Origin: a virus
Lineage: Duplodnaviria; Caudoviricetes
DNA: 32,092 nucleotides
Reading direction: 5' to 3' (one strand)
IMG/VR virus record: IMGVR_UViG_3300008255_000320
Span: 1 to 32,092 of that record
Part shown: piece after piece, positions 6,608 to 16,305 of the stretch
Position numbering within the stretch: position 1 is the first letter of the stretch
How the letters are laid out: every line of letters starts with the position of its first letter
Program-made: the position numbers and the translations under genes
Notes under the pieces: generated by a model
Told to the model about the DNA's origin: nothing
Database searches by the model: none
Seen by the model: the letters and a program-made list of their open reading frames with translations, nothing else

Positions 6608-9045
6608 CTGAAAAACGTCTCGTTCTTGGCATAGGCCCTTCTAACGCCGCTATAACACTCGTTGGCGAAGCTCCTGGCGAACGTGAAGAACGTCTTGGCC
6701 AGCCGTTTGTTGGCAGTGCTGGATACCTTCTCAGTACAGTTCTTAAAACTGCATTCATACCTCGATCGGAGTGTTATATTACTAACGTTGTTAAAGAGCG
6801 ACCTCCAAATAACAATATCAAAGTATTTATCGATCTTGCAAAAAAGAATATAGTTGAAACTCCCGCCTATAAAGAATATGTAACCTACTTAAAAGAAGAG
6901 CTCGATGCTATTAAAAGCAACATTATTGTAGCGTTTGGTCAAACAGCTCTCTATGCTCTCTGTGGCTACCATGATCGCATAACACAGCGGCGTGGTTCTA
7001 TCTATGAAAGTTTGCTCCTTCCTGGTCGAAAGGTAATAGCTACATTTCATCCAGCAAGCGCTCTTCGAGTTTACTTAAATCAATATCTTATTATACATGA
7101 TTTAAAGAAGGCTAAGACAGAAAGCGAGTTTCCTGAGATTCGTAGAACAGAACGAATGCTTATAACTGAGCCATCATTTACAGAGGCTGCTGCTTTTCTA
7201 GACACGCTGGAAACTGGGCAAGAAGTTGCATTTGATATAGAAGTTATAAACGAGCAGGTATCTCATATATCATTCGCCAGCAGCACATACTACTCTATGT
7301 GCATTCCTTTTATATCTAAAGGACAGAGCTATTTTTCCTTGGACAAAGAAGCATTTATATGGCACAAAATAGCTCTAATCCTTGAGAATCCTCACATTCG
7401 CAAAATAGCTCAGAACAAGATTTTCGATTCTCACTTTCTCTATCGCCGCTATGGAATCCGTGTCCATAACTGCGACGATACAATGATAGGCCAAGCAATT
7501 ATTATGCCTGATTTTAAAAAGGGTCTTGATTTTATTTGTAGCATTCACACAACAGAGCCTTATTATAAAGATGAAGGTAAGAAATGGAGAGGTATGGAAG
7601 GAGGAGAAAAAGTTTTTAGGGAATATAACGCTAAAGATAGCGCTGTTCTTCTCGAAGCATTTCCTTCAATAAAACAAAGTCTTGAGATGCTTAATAATAT
7701 AGAAGTATACGAACGCCAATCTCGTATTGTAGAACCGCTTATTTTTATGCAGGAGCGAGGTATTAGAATGAACGTTGAAGGAATTAAAAAGAAATGTGAG
7801 GAGAACAAAAACAAGATAGAGGAACTAACAGCCGAACTTTATTCTATTTGTAAAACAGAGCTAAACTATGCTTCACCGAAACAGCTGGCTGACTATTTCT
7901 ACAACAAGAAGGGTCAGAAGCCTTATACCAAAGATGGTCGAGTTACTACTGATGAAACGGCTATGATTCGTCTCGCTCGCAAAGGTTTCAAGGAAGCTGA
8001 TATTATTCTACAACTACGTCGTCTTAGCAAGATGAATAGCAACTATTATAACACTGATAAGATTAGTTTAGACGGCAGACTTCGTACCGCCTTTAATCCT
8101 GTTGGCACAGTTAGTGGTAGACTGTCATCAAGCGAGAGCATCTTTGGGGAAGGAAATAACGTTCAGAATCAACCCCACGAAGTGAACGAATTTATGATTC
8201 CTAACGATGGCAATCTAATGTTTAGTATTGACCTCTCCCAGGCAGAGAATCGAGTTGTCGCTAACATTGCACCAGAACCTAAAATGATTCAAGCGTTTCT
8301 TGATGGAGATGTTCATGAATTAACTGCTGAGATGATTATATTTCTCTATTATGGAGGAAAAGTCCCACCTGATATAAACGTAAGAAGCATCAGCCCACTC
8401 GGAAATGGTACTCATGATTGGCGCTTTTGGGGCAAGAAGGCAAATCATGGACTCAATTACGGTCAAGGCTACAAAAAATTCGCTTTGCAGAACCAACTTC
8501 AGGAACGTGATGCTAAGATGATTGTAGATGGATACTTCCAAATGTATCCAGGAGTTAAAAGTTACCAGAAGTGGGTAATAGGAGAGCTATATGCTAAAGG
8601 AAGAAGACTTACCAATCCCCTTGGCCGCAGTCGAATATTCTTTGAACGCTGGGGACAGGAACTTTTTAATAGTGCCTTCGACTTTATCCCTCAATCTACC
8701 GTTGGAGACATCATTAACGGAAGAGGACTCAATTATATATACTACAGCAGCAAGTTTAAACCGGTCATTCTCATTAACCAAAAGCATGATAGTATCGAGT
8801 TTGAATCTGCCGCTAAGGACTTTGAAAGACTGGCTAAAATGCTCCTTGATATTAAAGCATCTTTAGAGGCTCCTATTGAGTGGCAAGGGCGAGAATTCTT
8901 TATTCCAGCAGAACTAAAAGCTGGTGGGAATCTAAAAGAGGCTGATAACAATAACCTTTATGGGCTGAGAAAAGTAGATCTTTCCAAATCTATAACTGAC
9001 ATCGCTAAACAACTTGAAATAATATGGAACAGCATAAGTGTATAA
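6604..9045 (+). CDS. polA: family A DNA polymerase with N-terminal family-4 uracil-DNA glycosylase domain and 3'-5' exonuclease
   Basis: UDG motifs GEAPGEREE..GQPFVG, TNVVK and TFHPA; ExoI FDIE, ExoII NKIFD, ExoIII YNAKD; TVSGRLSS; motif A DLSQAENR, motif B RFWGKKANHGLNYG, motif C HDS. Confidence 0.93.
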   Translation: MTEKRLVLGIGPSNAAITLVGEAPGEREERLGQPFVGSAGYLLSTVLKTAFIPRSECYITNVVKERPPNNNIKVFIDLAKKNIVETPAYKEYVTYLKEELDAIKSNIIVAFGQTALYALCGYHDRITQRRGSIYESLLLPGRKVIATFHPASALRVYLNQYLIIHDLKKAKTESEFPEIRRTERMLITEPSFTEAAAFLDTLETGQEVAFDIEVINEQVSHISFASSTYYSMCIPFISKGQSYFSLDKEAFIWHKIALILENPHIRKIAQNKIFDSHFLYRRYGIRVHNCDDTMIGQAIIMPDFKKGLDFICSIHTTEPYYKDEGKKWRGMEGGEKVFREYNAKDSAVLLEAFPSIKQSLEMLNNIEVYERQSRIVEPLIFMQERGIRMNVEGIKKKCEENKNKIEELTAELYSICKTELNYASPKQLADYFYNKKGQKPYTKDGRVTTDETAMIRLARKGFKEADIILQLRRLSKMNSNYYNTDKISLDGRLRTAFNPVGTVSGRLSSSESIFGEGNNVQNQPHEVNEFMIPNDGNLMFSIDLSQAENRVVANIAPEPKMIQAFLDGDVHELTAEMIIFLYYGGKVPPDINVRSISPLGNGTHDWRFWGKKANHGLNYGQGYKKFALQNQLQERDAKMIVDGYFQMYPGVKSYQKWVIGELYAKGRRLTNPLGRSRIFFERWGQELFNSAFDFIPQSTVGDIINGRGLNYIYYSSKFKPVILINQKHDSIEFESAAKDFERLAKMLLDIKASLEAPIEWQGREFFIPAELKAGGNLKEADNNNLYGLRKVDLSKSITDIAKQLEIIWNSISV

Positions 9046-10219
9046 GCGAAAACTTGATGACTGGATTAAAAGTTTTCTATACTATACACGCAACAGCGAG
9101 GCGCCAACCATCTATAGAAAATGGACAGCGTTTAGTACAATTGCCAGCGTGTTAGGTAGAAAGTGCTACTTGGAGTGGGATTGTCCTACTTACGCAAATA
9201 TGTACATTGTTCTTATAGGCCCTAGTGGTGTTGGTAAGAATACTGCTATGTGGCCAGCTAAACAAATAATCAATCAGCTTGATATTAATGTTGCTAGCGA
9301 AAGTGTGATTCGTGAGCAACTTATTAATGAGATTGAGAAGAGCACATCATTTCACCTTGATAATGGAATCCAGGTTTTTACTACGTCGATTACTATCTTC
9401 AGTCAAGAGTTTACTGTCTTTATAGGATACGATAAACGGCAGCTTATAATGGATCTAACAGACTGGTATGACTGTCCAGATCTATGGCGATATAGCACAA
9501 AGAATAGTGGTAGAAACATTCTTAATAATCTCTATGTAAATATGATAGGTGCTACAACCCCAAAACTTCTTGGTTCAACCCTCTCTTCTGATGCAACAGG
9601 CGGAGGGCTTACTGCTCGAATGATCTTCGTTTATGCACAGGAGCGTGGCAGTTATATTGCTATGCCTTGGTTATACAAACTTGATGAAAAGCTAAAAGAT
9701 GATTTGATTAGCGATCTGGCCAACTTAATATCACCTATGCAAGGAATGTTTAGACTCGACAACAGTTTTATAGACCTATATGTTCCTTGGTATGAGAATC
9801 CTAGTAACCACAAAATCTTTCCTGGCGATTTCTTCGAAGGCTATGAACGTCGAAGACCCAAACATCTATTAAAACTGTGCATGGTTCTTAGCGCAAGCTG
9901 TAGTGAAGAAATGGTTTTAACAAAGCGTGAATTTAATGAAGCGCTTGTGTTGCTTGAAGAAGTTGAGGCTGTAATGCCAAGAGCGTTTGCTGGAATAGGT
10001 GAGAGCGATATTAGCGAACTAATAGAACGAATAACCCAGCTGCTTATTAAAAGAAGGACTGTTACCTATTCTGAGCTTGTTCGTTACTATTATAATGATG
10101 CAGATGGAGAGAAGATCAATAGAGCCGTTTCATCGATAGTGACTATGAAAAGAGCAAGAATGGATAGAAAACCTGGCGCAATTGATTATACACTATCTTA
10201 TGCTGGCAACGAGAAATGA
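9038..10219 (+). CDS. DUF3987/YfjI-like P-loop ATPase, putative replicative helicase
   Basis: NMYIVLIGPSGVGKNT Walker A, MIGATTP, GGLTARMIFVY arginine-finger-like motif, wHTH-like C-terminus; overlaps the polymerase stop. Confidence 0.7.
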   Translation: MYKRKLDDWIKSFLYYTRNSEAPTIYRKWTAFSTIASVLGRKCYLEWDCPTYANMYIVLIGPSGVGKNTAMWPAKQIINQLDINVASESVIREQLINEIEKSTSFHLDNGIQVFTTSITIFSQEFTVFIGYDKRQLIMDLTDWYDCPDLWRYSTKNSGRNILNNLYVNMIGATTPKLLGSTLSSDATGGGLTARMIFVYAQERGSYIAMPWLYKLDEKLKDDLISDLANLISPMQGMFRLDNSFIDLYVPWYENPSNHKIFPGDFFEGYERRRPKHLLKLCMVLSASCSEEMVLTKREFNEALVLLEEVEAVMPRAFAGIGESDISELIERITQLLIKRRTVTYSELVRYYYNDADGEKINRAVSSIVTMKRARMDRKPGAIDYTLSYAGNEK

Positions 10220-10433
10220 GAACTATAGAATATTACGAAAAAGATGCTGCACTTAAAATAAGAGAAAGTTTATAGATGTCGACATTAAAAACGGCGAAAT
10301 TGCCAAAAATCGTGAATATTGACCGATCACGAAAAATCGAGCCATATTTACGATTGTAAAATGAGCAAAATATCATATCGGGGACTTTGACAAAAAATGC
10401 AAACAATTTATGTTCCATTGTTTATGTAACTAT

Positions 10434-10454
10434 CAAATTAAAACTTTTAATTTG
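10434..10454. repeat. 21-bp palindrome copy 2 (CAAATTAAAACTTTTAATTTG, perfect arms)
   Basis: Seen directly; 11 bp before ATG 10466. Confidence 0.95.
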
Positions 10455-10465
10455 CAAGGTACATT

Positions 10466-10717
10466 ATGAGCGAAGAAGAAAGAAAAATGAAGGCCTTTCT
10501 CTGTGATCTGTTTAATGGGTTCTATCCAGACTGCAGTGATATTGACGGTGGCACATTGCAAGATCTTGCCGAGAAACACAAAATTCTTTTGCCTGAAATT
10601 CGGTATAAGCCTTGCGATGAGTTCTGTAATTGTGCTCAAACTTTTTCCGATGAAGAATTTAAAGAAGGCGTGAAATGTTATCGCCTTGCTAATTGGCTAT
10701 CTGAAATAAAGAAATAG
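10466..10717 (+). CDS. small Cys-rich hypothetical protein
   Basis: 83 aa with DIDGGTLQDLA and PCDEFCNC; AAGG SD. Confidence 0.7.
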   Translation: MSEEERKMKAFLCDLFNGFYPDCSDIDGGTLQDLAEKHKILLPEIRYKPCDEFCNCAQTFSDEEFKEGVKCYRLANWLSEIKK

Positions 10718-10718
10718 G

Positions 10719-10739
10719 CTAATTATATCATTTAATCTG
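10719..10739. repeat. degenerate copy of the 21-bp palindrome (CTAATTATATCATTTAATCTG)
   Basis: Three mismatches to the consensus half-sites; same context (just after a stop, directly before a GAGG SD). Confidence 0.5.
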
Positions 10740-10750
10740 CGAGGTGCATT

Positions 10751-11227
10751 ATGCAACAATCTCAAGGGAAAAACGAACTGGACGAACTCATCCGAAACTT
10801 GCAGGCTGAAGGCTGTATTGAGATAACACTCGACAGACTTGAACAAGAGGTGGAAGAGCTGAGAGACGCTGTTGTTGGTGAGACAGAAGCGCTATTAGTA
10901 TGTCTATACCACTCGCTGCTATGTGTTGATATTTCTTGTACGTTCCTTCCAGAAGGTGTTATGCAGAACAACTGGGAACAGCCGGCACATAGAAGATGGT
11001 TAGAGAAATTCAGAGCGTTTAGGAGATCGTGCGAGTTATCGGAAGAGGACGCTAAAACCGTTTTACCTGTCTTTGGTTGGATTGTGTCTAAATATGAACG
11101 GATGGATGATCTTCTTATACGTGCAGTAACTAAATTAGTAAACGAGCACTTTTTAATAACAAGGAGCAGAAATGAAAAAAGCAATAGGATTGGCAATTCT
11201 AACACTGATGATATATCTGCTGACTAA
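10751..11227 (+). CDS. hypothetical protein
   Basis: 158-aa ORF with GAGGT SD. Confidence 0.65.
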   Translation: MQQSQGKNELDELIRNLQAEGCIEITLDRLEQEVEELRDAVVGETEALLVCLYHSLLCVDISCTFLPEGVMQNNWEQPAHRRWLEKFRAFRRSCELSEEDAKTVLPVFGWIVSKYERMDDLLIRAVTKLVNEHFLITRSRNEKSNRIGNSNTDDISAD

Positions 11228-11654
11228 CTGTGCTACGACACAGCCACAGCTTTCTATCAAAACAGGCGAGGATAGCACAGCTCAATGGATTGAATTCTGG
11301 ATGAATGATTCATTGCATCAGAGGTTTATTGTTCCAAAGCACTTTGGTCTCTATGCAACTATCGATAGTATTAATGCTAGGCTGATTGCTCTCGAAGACT
11401 ATGTTTGCTCTGATAGCATCGATCTTGCTGTTTCTTGGAACGCTAACACAGAACCAGATCTTGCTGGATATATCATCTATTGGGGAAACAAGAGTAGGCT
11501 ATATAACAGCAGCAAAGATGTTGGTCTTTTAACATCTTATGCTTTAGGTAAGTTTTATAAACATCAAGATTGGTTCTTTGCTGTAACTGCTTATGATACT
11601 ACAGGCAATGAGAGCGGTTACAGCAAAGAGATTAAATGGCCAATAACGTTCTAA
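11172..11654 (+). CDS. predicted lipoprotein with C-terminal fibronectin type III domain
   Basis: MKK + hydrophobic stretch + lipobox-like LTNC; FN3 signature VSWNANTEPDLAGYIIYWG...FFAVTAYDTTGNESGYS. Confidence 0.8.
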   Translation: MKKAIGLAILTLMIYLLTNCATTQPQLSIKTGEDSTAQWIEFWMNDSLHQRFIVPKHFGLYATIDSINARLIALEDYVCSDSIDLAVSWNANTEPDLAGYIIYWGNKSRLYNSSKDVGLLTSYALGKFYKHQDWFFAVTAYDTTGNESGYSKEIKWPITF

Positions 11655-11675
11655 CAAATCAAATTATTTAATTCG
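11655..11675. repeat. 21-bp palindrome copy 3 (CAAATCAAATTATTTAATTCG)
   Basis: At the convergence point of the two arms; one mismatch. Confidence 0.85.
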
Positions 11676-11692
11676 TGAGGTATGTATAGCAA

Positions 11693-14600
11693 TTAGTCTA
11701 TAAAAATCTTCCAGGCTTTTGCTTTATCAATTAGTTGACTTCTTAGTGTTGCTCTCTGCTGAGGAGTCATTTTATTCATCTTATAAGCATCAAACAAACT
11801 ATTTGGTGCCATTCCAAGCATCACCATTGTATCTATCTTCCATCGTTCTATTTCTTCACCACGATCAAGACCCCTAACGATAGATACCAATAACTTCCTC
11901 CTCGAATCCCTATCAACTCTCTCAGCTCTTGCTAATATCCTCAACGCATTGCTAACTCTTGTCTTAGCTGTAGGCTGCATTCCCGCTGCTGACATTACTT
12001 GCAACCAGCGCTTTTCCCACTCAGTTCCAAAGCGATACTTTGGAGCGCCAATCTGAATTCCAGTTATCTTACCACTGTCGTTTTTCTTTAGCTCGTAACG
12101 ATCTCTAATCCATCCATCTGGAGTAACCTCAGCTTGAAGAATAGTGTTCCAATAGCGATAAATAATAGGAAAGTTTACCAACCAGTCTACTCTTCCCTCT
12201 TTATTTAAACGCTGTTCCTGATCACGAAGAGCTGGAACAACTGTAACCTTCGCTATCCTTATTATATCAGAAATAGCCGGCCCTAGACTATCTTCTGGGT
12301 TATTAGGTAAGAACTGAAATGTAGCTGGAGCACTAATATCTATTCCAAGCTTCGTACCAAGATTCTCAATCATTCCAGGTAGCCCAGATGCCCCAATTCT
12401 ATTCTTATTCAGTAGCCATTCCTCTAACTTATCTATAGCTCCGATGAGACCAAGTATAGGCAGCGATTTTATTATAAGTAGAACTCCACGAGGCCCAGCA
12501 AGGGCAAGTTGTATTGATAGATAACGAGCCCATTGCTTACCATTCAATGTAGACATTAACTCAAGCTGCTTAACCATATATGTTCTATACTGCCCAACAA
12601 GCCTTCCACCAGGCCCACGAAGCAGCCGCGGAAGAGCAGCTGAACTATAAATAAAGCTTTGAACACGCACTGCCATTCTCGCTTCAGCCCTTGCAGCTGT
12701 TTCACTAAGACCTCTCTCTCGTGCCCATGTAAAGGCTGTTGCGTATGCAACTTTACGAATACCTGGTTCAGGCATAGCAAACATACCAAAGGGCTTATAC
12801 CACTTTTGTTTAGTAGTAACTCTTCCTTCAATATTAGTTATAAAGTCTGTACCTAGTGCATACTCGTCCTCTTTCAACAGACGCTTACCTTCTTCAGACT
12901 TCATCCATTCTATACCCACACGCATTCTTTTCAGACCAGAAACTGCCCATGTATTACCGTGACCAGAAAGAAAGTTTACAAGACCTGCAACAGAACGATA
13001 AGAAAACTTTGCATAACCTTCCATAATAGTAGCTACACGTGACGCTCTTGAGAAAAACATAGGCTTTGTGCCAATTGCTCTACTGATCTTATCAATAAAC
13101 ATATCTCCCCAACTATAACGTCCTCGCGCATCTTTTAGCTGTTCGCGCAAAAGATTTCTAACATGCTGAGGAACAAGAATCTGTCCAGCATCTTTCTCAA
13201 ATGCTTTCTCCATTTCAGCCTCAGCGATATCTAAGTTCATCTTCTTTCTCATAATATAGCTATAGGTTGGAAGAGCATCAACTATATTTTCTTCGCCAGC
13301 TAGAATATCCTCTCTTCCCTTTGTCGGGTCAAGAGTCTTACGAAACTCAGATGAAATAGTAACATTTCCTTTAATTTCTCCTGAAGCCATTTTCTCTTTA
13401 GCTTTTCGTTTTGCTTCTCGTCTGGTTATACCAAGAGCTCTAACCTTTCCTTCGCTATCAATAACTCGATAAGTTCCACGTTCGATATTAGTAATATATT
13501 CATTAAGTCCCCATTTGAGAATGTTATTATATTCTTTAACTGTTTCAGTAAGCTCTTCAACATCTACTTTATATTTCTCAGCAATAGTCTTGGTATCAGA
13601 CTCCTCAACCTTTATCGCTTCCTCAAATGCCTCGTGCATCTTGTTGTTCATCAATATCTTATAAAGCTGACGCCTGTTTTCTATATATTCTCCCTTTATA
13701 CTCTCAAACATCTGAATAATACGATTAGCTGCTTTATAGGTAGGATTTCTGTCTATTAACGCCTGTGCCTTTTCCGGTTCTTTACTCAACTCATATAGCT
13801 TCTCCATTGCCCCACGAACCTGCTTCTGTTCTTCTTTACTACTAACAATGTCCTTAACTTCCTCAATAACAGCACTATCAAGAACATGTGATTCGTGATC
13901 AGCTTTCTGCTTTGCCTCTATGTTTCTTGCTGCGATTGCTCTTGCTTCTGGTAAATCTATCAAGCTTCCAACAAAAGGAACTCTTCTATGCTTACGCACA
14001 ATATATTCTGGAGAGTTAATAAACTGTCTAAGAAAATGTGTATCCCACCGAGTCTTTTCTCGTGTAATAGTTCCACCAGTCTCAGCAATTGTTGTGATAG
14101 CAGGATGTTCTGGTTGACTACCAATATTAACTGGTTTATCTTTTGCTAACTCCTGTTCGCTCTTTGGATAATTAGGAACCTTTAAACCATCGGTTAATAA
14201 TGTCCCCTCAGATACAGTGCTGTTAATCTTTGGATGGCCTTCTTTTGTTATATTAAACAACGCGAGCGGAGGCTCTCCACCTAAGCGCTCTTGATAACCG
14301 ATAAAAACAGCGTCAGGTTTTTCAACAGGTACTGCTATATCTTTAAACGCATTAGCTGTTCCTAAATTCTCAGGTTTCACTTGAGTAGCCACTTCGTTTG
14401 GTCTCTGACCAGTTTTAGCAAAGTGATTACGTAACACTTTAGCCCCTCTACTGGCTGCCTTTGCACCAAATAATAGAACAGCATTATCTAAAAACTCCTC
14501 TGCTTTTGGAAATCTCTGATCAAGTGCTGCACCTGTTACAGTCAACGCAGCAATCTCAGTAGGAACTTTCGCTATTCCTATTGGAACCTGTCCAGCTGTT

Positions 14601-15220
14601 CCTGTAACAGCGCCTGTTATATATCCTTTAGCTCCTTCTTTAACAGCAGCCAGCGTTCTATTAAGAACTTCTCCAAGCGAGGTAGCTTCCCCTTTCTCAT
14701 ACTTATCCATTAACACCTGTCTTAACACAGCAGGAAAAGCAAACACAGCACCAGTCCCAGTTACAGCTGATGCCAGTCCTCCACCTCCTGCTGTTCCAAC
14801 AAGACCTCCTACAAACATAGCTGGAATGTCACCAACCACAGTTGCTGCGTTTTTAAGCTGACGCTCCCAAAAGTTCTGAGCTTCATAGTCGTCTGGTAAG
14901 CGTTCTCGAAGAAGTAAGCCAAGCGTGCTTTCTTGTATACCGCTCTTTACAGCAGGAATAGCACCAGTTGAATAGTCAACACTAATCCCCTTTCCACTTG
15001 GCTTCCCTCCACCGAAGAAACCTTCTGGGATAGGTGCTACTTCCATCTTGCTATTAAACGTTTTAGCATCACCAATATTAAAATGCTGTGAAACCTGCTC
15101 ATAGAATTTCTGCCTACGATTAGAATCATCCATCGCAGCATCAAAGAATTCAAACGTTCCTATATCAGCCTGCTGACTTAGCAAGTTATAGAGATTTTGT
15201 CTATTTTCTTGTGGCATCAA
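11693..15220 (-). CDS. large internal virion / DNA ejection protein (putative)
   Basis: 1175 aa, Gly/Ala-rich hydrophobic N-terminal segments and helical character; last of three genes after the tail genes, as in podoviruses. Confidence 0.6.
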   Translation of the reverse strand: MMPQENRQNLYNLLSQQADIGTFEFFDAAMDDSNRRQKFYEQVSQHFNIGDAKTFNSKMEVAPIPEGFFGGGKPSGKGISVDYSTGAIPAVKSGIQESTLGLLLRERLPDDYEAQNFWERQLKNAATVVGDIPAMFVGGLVGTAGGGGLASAVTGTGAVFAFPAVLRQVLMDKYEKGEATSLGEVLNRTLAAVKEGAKGYITGAVTGTAGQVPIGIAKVPTEIAALTVTGAALDQRFPKAEEFLDNAVLLFGAKAASRGAKVLRNHFAKTGQRPNEVATQVKPENLGTANAFKDIAVPVEKPDAVFIGYQERLGGEPPLALFNITKEGHPKINSTVSEGTLLTDGLKVPNYPKSEQELAKDKPVNIGSQPEHPAITTIAETGGTITREKTRWDTHFLRQFINSPEYIVRKHRRVPFVGSLIDLPEARAIAARNIEAKQKADHESHVLDSAVIEEVKDIVSSKEEQKQVRGAMEKLYELSKEPEKAQALIDRNPTYKAANRIIQMFESIKGEYIENRRQLYKILMNNKMHEAFEEAIKVEESDTKTIAEKYKVDVEELTETVKEYNNILKWGLNEYITNIERGTYRVIDSEGKVRALGITRREAKRKAKEKMASGEIKGNVTISSEFRKTLDPTKGREDILAGEENIVDALPTYSYIMRKKMNLDIAEAEMEKAFEKDAGQILVPQHVRNLLREQLKDARGRYSWGDMFIDKISRAIGTKPMFFSRASRVATIMEGYAKFSYRSVAGLVNFLSGHGNTWAVSGLKRMRVGIEWMKSEEGKRLLKEDEYALGTDFITNIEGRVTTKQKWYKPFGMFAMPEPGIRKVAYATAFTWARERGLSETAARAEARMAVRVQSFIYSSAALPRLLRGPGGRLVGQYRTYMVKQLELMSTLNGKQWARYLSIQLALAGPRGVLLIIKSLPILGLIGAIDKLEEWLLNKNRIGASGLPGMIENLGTKLGIDISAPATFQFLPNNPEDSLGPAISDIIRIAKVTVVPALRDQEQRLNKEGRVDWLVNFPIIYRYWNTILQAEVTPDGWIRDRYELKKNDSGKITGIQIGAPKYRFGTEWEKRWLQVMSAAGMQPTAKTRVSNALRILARAERVDRDSRRKLLVSIVRGLDRGEEIERWKIDTMVMLGMAPNSLFDAYKMNKMTPQQRATLRSQLIDKAKAWKIFID

Positions 15221-16266
15221 TAAGGGCCTATTTTAAGTTTACCAGGTGCTATTGTGCTAGAAGGAGCTGGTGGGCCTTGTAATTGGCTCTGTTCTCCAGT
15301 AACTCCCATCCAGGGTATAGGAAGATTTCCTGCTTGTTGTTCTCTCCTAATTTTAAGAGCCAGCTTATTCTTAAACTCCTCCTGCAATGTAGGACTATTC
15401 CAAACAGGCTGAGGCCCGAATTGACCTTCATAAAAACTATCTGCTTTAGGCATTTCCCTTTCCACCTCTTTGATAAGATTACTATAATATCTAAAATACA
15501 GATTTTGTTGCTGGCCAGGAGTAATACCTCTATCTCCACTAGTACCACGTGTTGTTGTCCCAGAACTAATAGGAATAAATTCTCTTGTGTTAGGATCAAA
15601 CATGAATAGTGTCTCCTCATTGACACCAGAAGGTCCAACAACAGCACCAACCTTCTGTGGGGCACCCTCTTCAAGAGCTTGACGAAGTAGCAGCTCTTTT
15701 CTCGATTCGATCCCTCTCTCTTGCGGAGTTCCTTGTGCAGCAACTGACCCCTGATAATATTGGCTAAGTGCCTGTTGGTTCTTCGCTGATGTAGCAAGCT
15801 GGTTGGCCTGAGCAATCTGCTCTGATGTCATACCTTGCACATCATTAGCTGTTACTGATTCATTGCTCATTAGCTTCGCTAAATAACGCTGCATCCCTTG
15901 CGACTGAACTTGCATCTGGTTAATTCCAGCAACTTGCTCTCCAAGCCTCGCTTGCCACGTACCAGGATTAGCAATGCTTCCACCTATCCTTGCAAGCGTC
16001 TCACGAAATCCAGGTGTTTCAAGCGCCTTACCGAGCTGGCCAAAGGCTTTACCAATTTGAGAGAAGAAACTTTGATTCTGCTGAGCCGCTCCTATCTGTG
16101 TAGGTGCGTTTCTCATAACATCTTCTTGACTAACTGGAGTAGGCAATCCGCCGCTCGGAGTAACAAAACCAGCGCTAGCAACGTTAGGAGCAGAACTCAT
16201 TGGATAAGGATTAACAAGCTTATCGCCCATTAAAATTTTCTGTATTAAACTCTGATCTACTGGCAT
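15217..16266 (-). CDS. putative internal virion / ejection protein
   Basis: 349 aa, Q/G/P-rich low complexity; synteny with the ejection cluster. Confidence 0.55.
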   Translation of the reverse strand: MPVDQSLIQKILMGDKLVNPYPMSSAPNVASAGFVTPSGGLPTPVSQEDVMRNAPTQIGAAQQNQSFFSQIGKAFGQLGKALETPGFRETLARIGGSIANPGTWQARLGEQVAGINQMQVQSQGMQRYLAKLMSNESVTANDVQGMTSEQIAQANQLATSAKNQQALSQYYQGSVAAQGTPQERGIESRKELLLRQALEEGAPQKVGAVVGPSGVNEETLFMFDPNTREFIPISSGTTTRGTSGDRGITPGQQQNLYFRYYSNLIKEVEREMPKADSFYEGQFGPQPVWNSPTLQEEFKNKLALKIRREQQAGNLPIPWMGVTGEQSQLQGPPAPSSTIAPGKLKIGPY

Positions 16267-16278
16267 AACCGTGCCTCA

Positions 16279-16299
16279 CAAATTAAAATATTTGATTTG
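16279..16299. repeat. 21-bp palindrome copy 4 (CAAATTAAAATATTTGATTTG)
   Basis: Intergenic, adjacent to the TGAGG SD of the 349-aa gene. Confidence 0.95.
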
Positions 16300-16305
16300 A
16301 AACTG

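Noticed and set aside
6604-9045. Modified-base genome (dZ, dU or hmU) implied by the unusual PolA
   Set aside because: No purZ, dATPase, dCMP deaminase, hydroxymethylase or similar genes are recognisable here, so it is unsupported.
10762-11205. 147-aa antisense ORF
   Set aside because: It shadows the + strand gene that has an SD, is Ser-rich and runs against the arm orientation.
15249-16233. Alternative-frame and antisense ORFs (188, 108 and 111 aa) inside the 349-aa gene
   Set aside because: No clear RBS and no protein-like composition; best read as shadow ORFs, like most other nested ORFs in the track.
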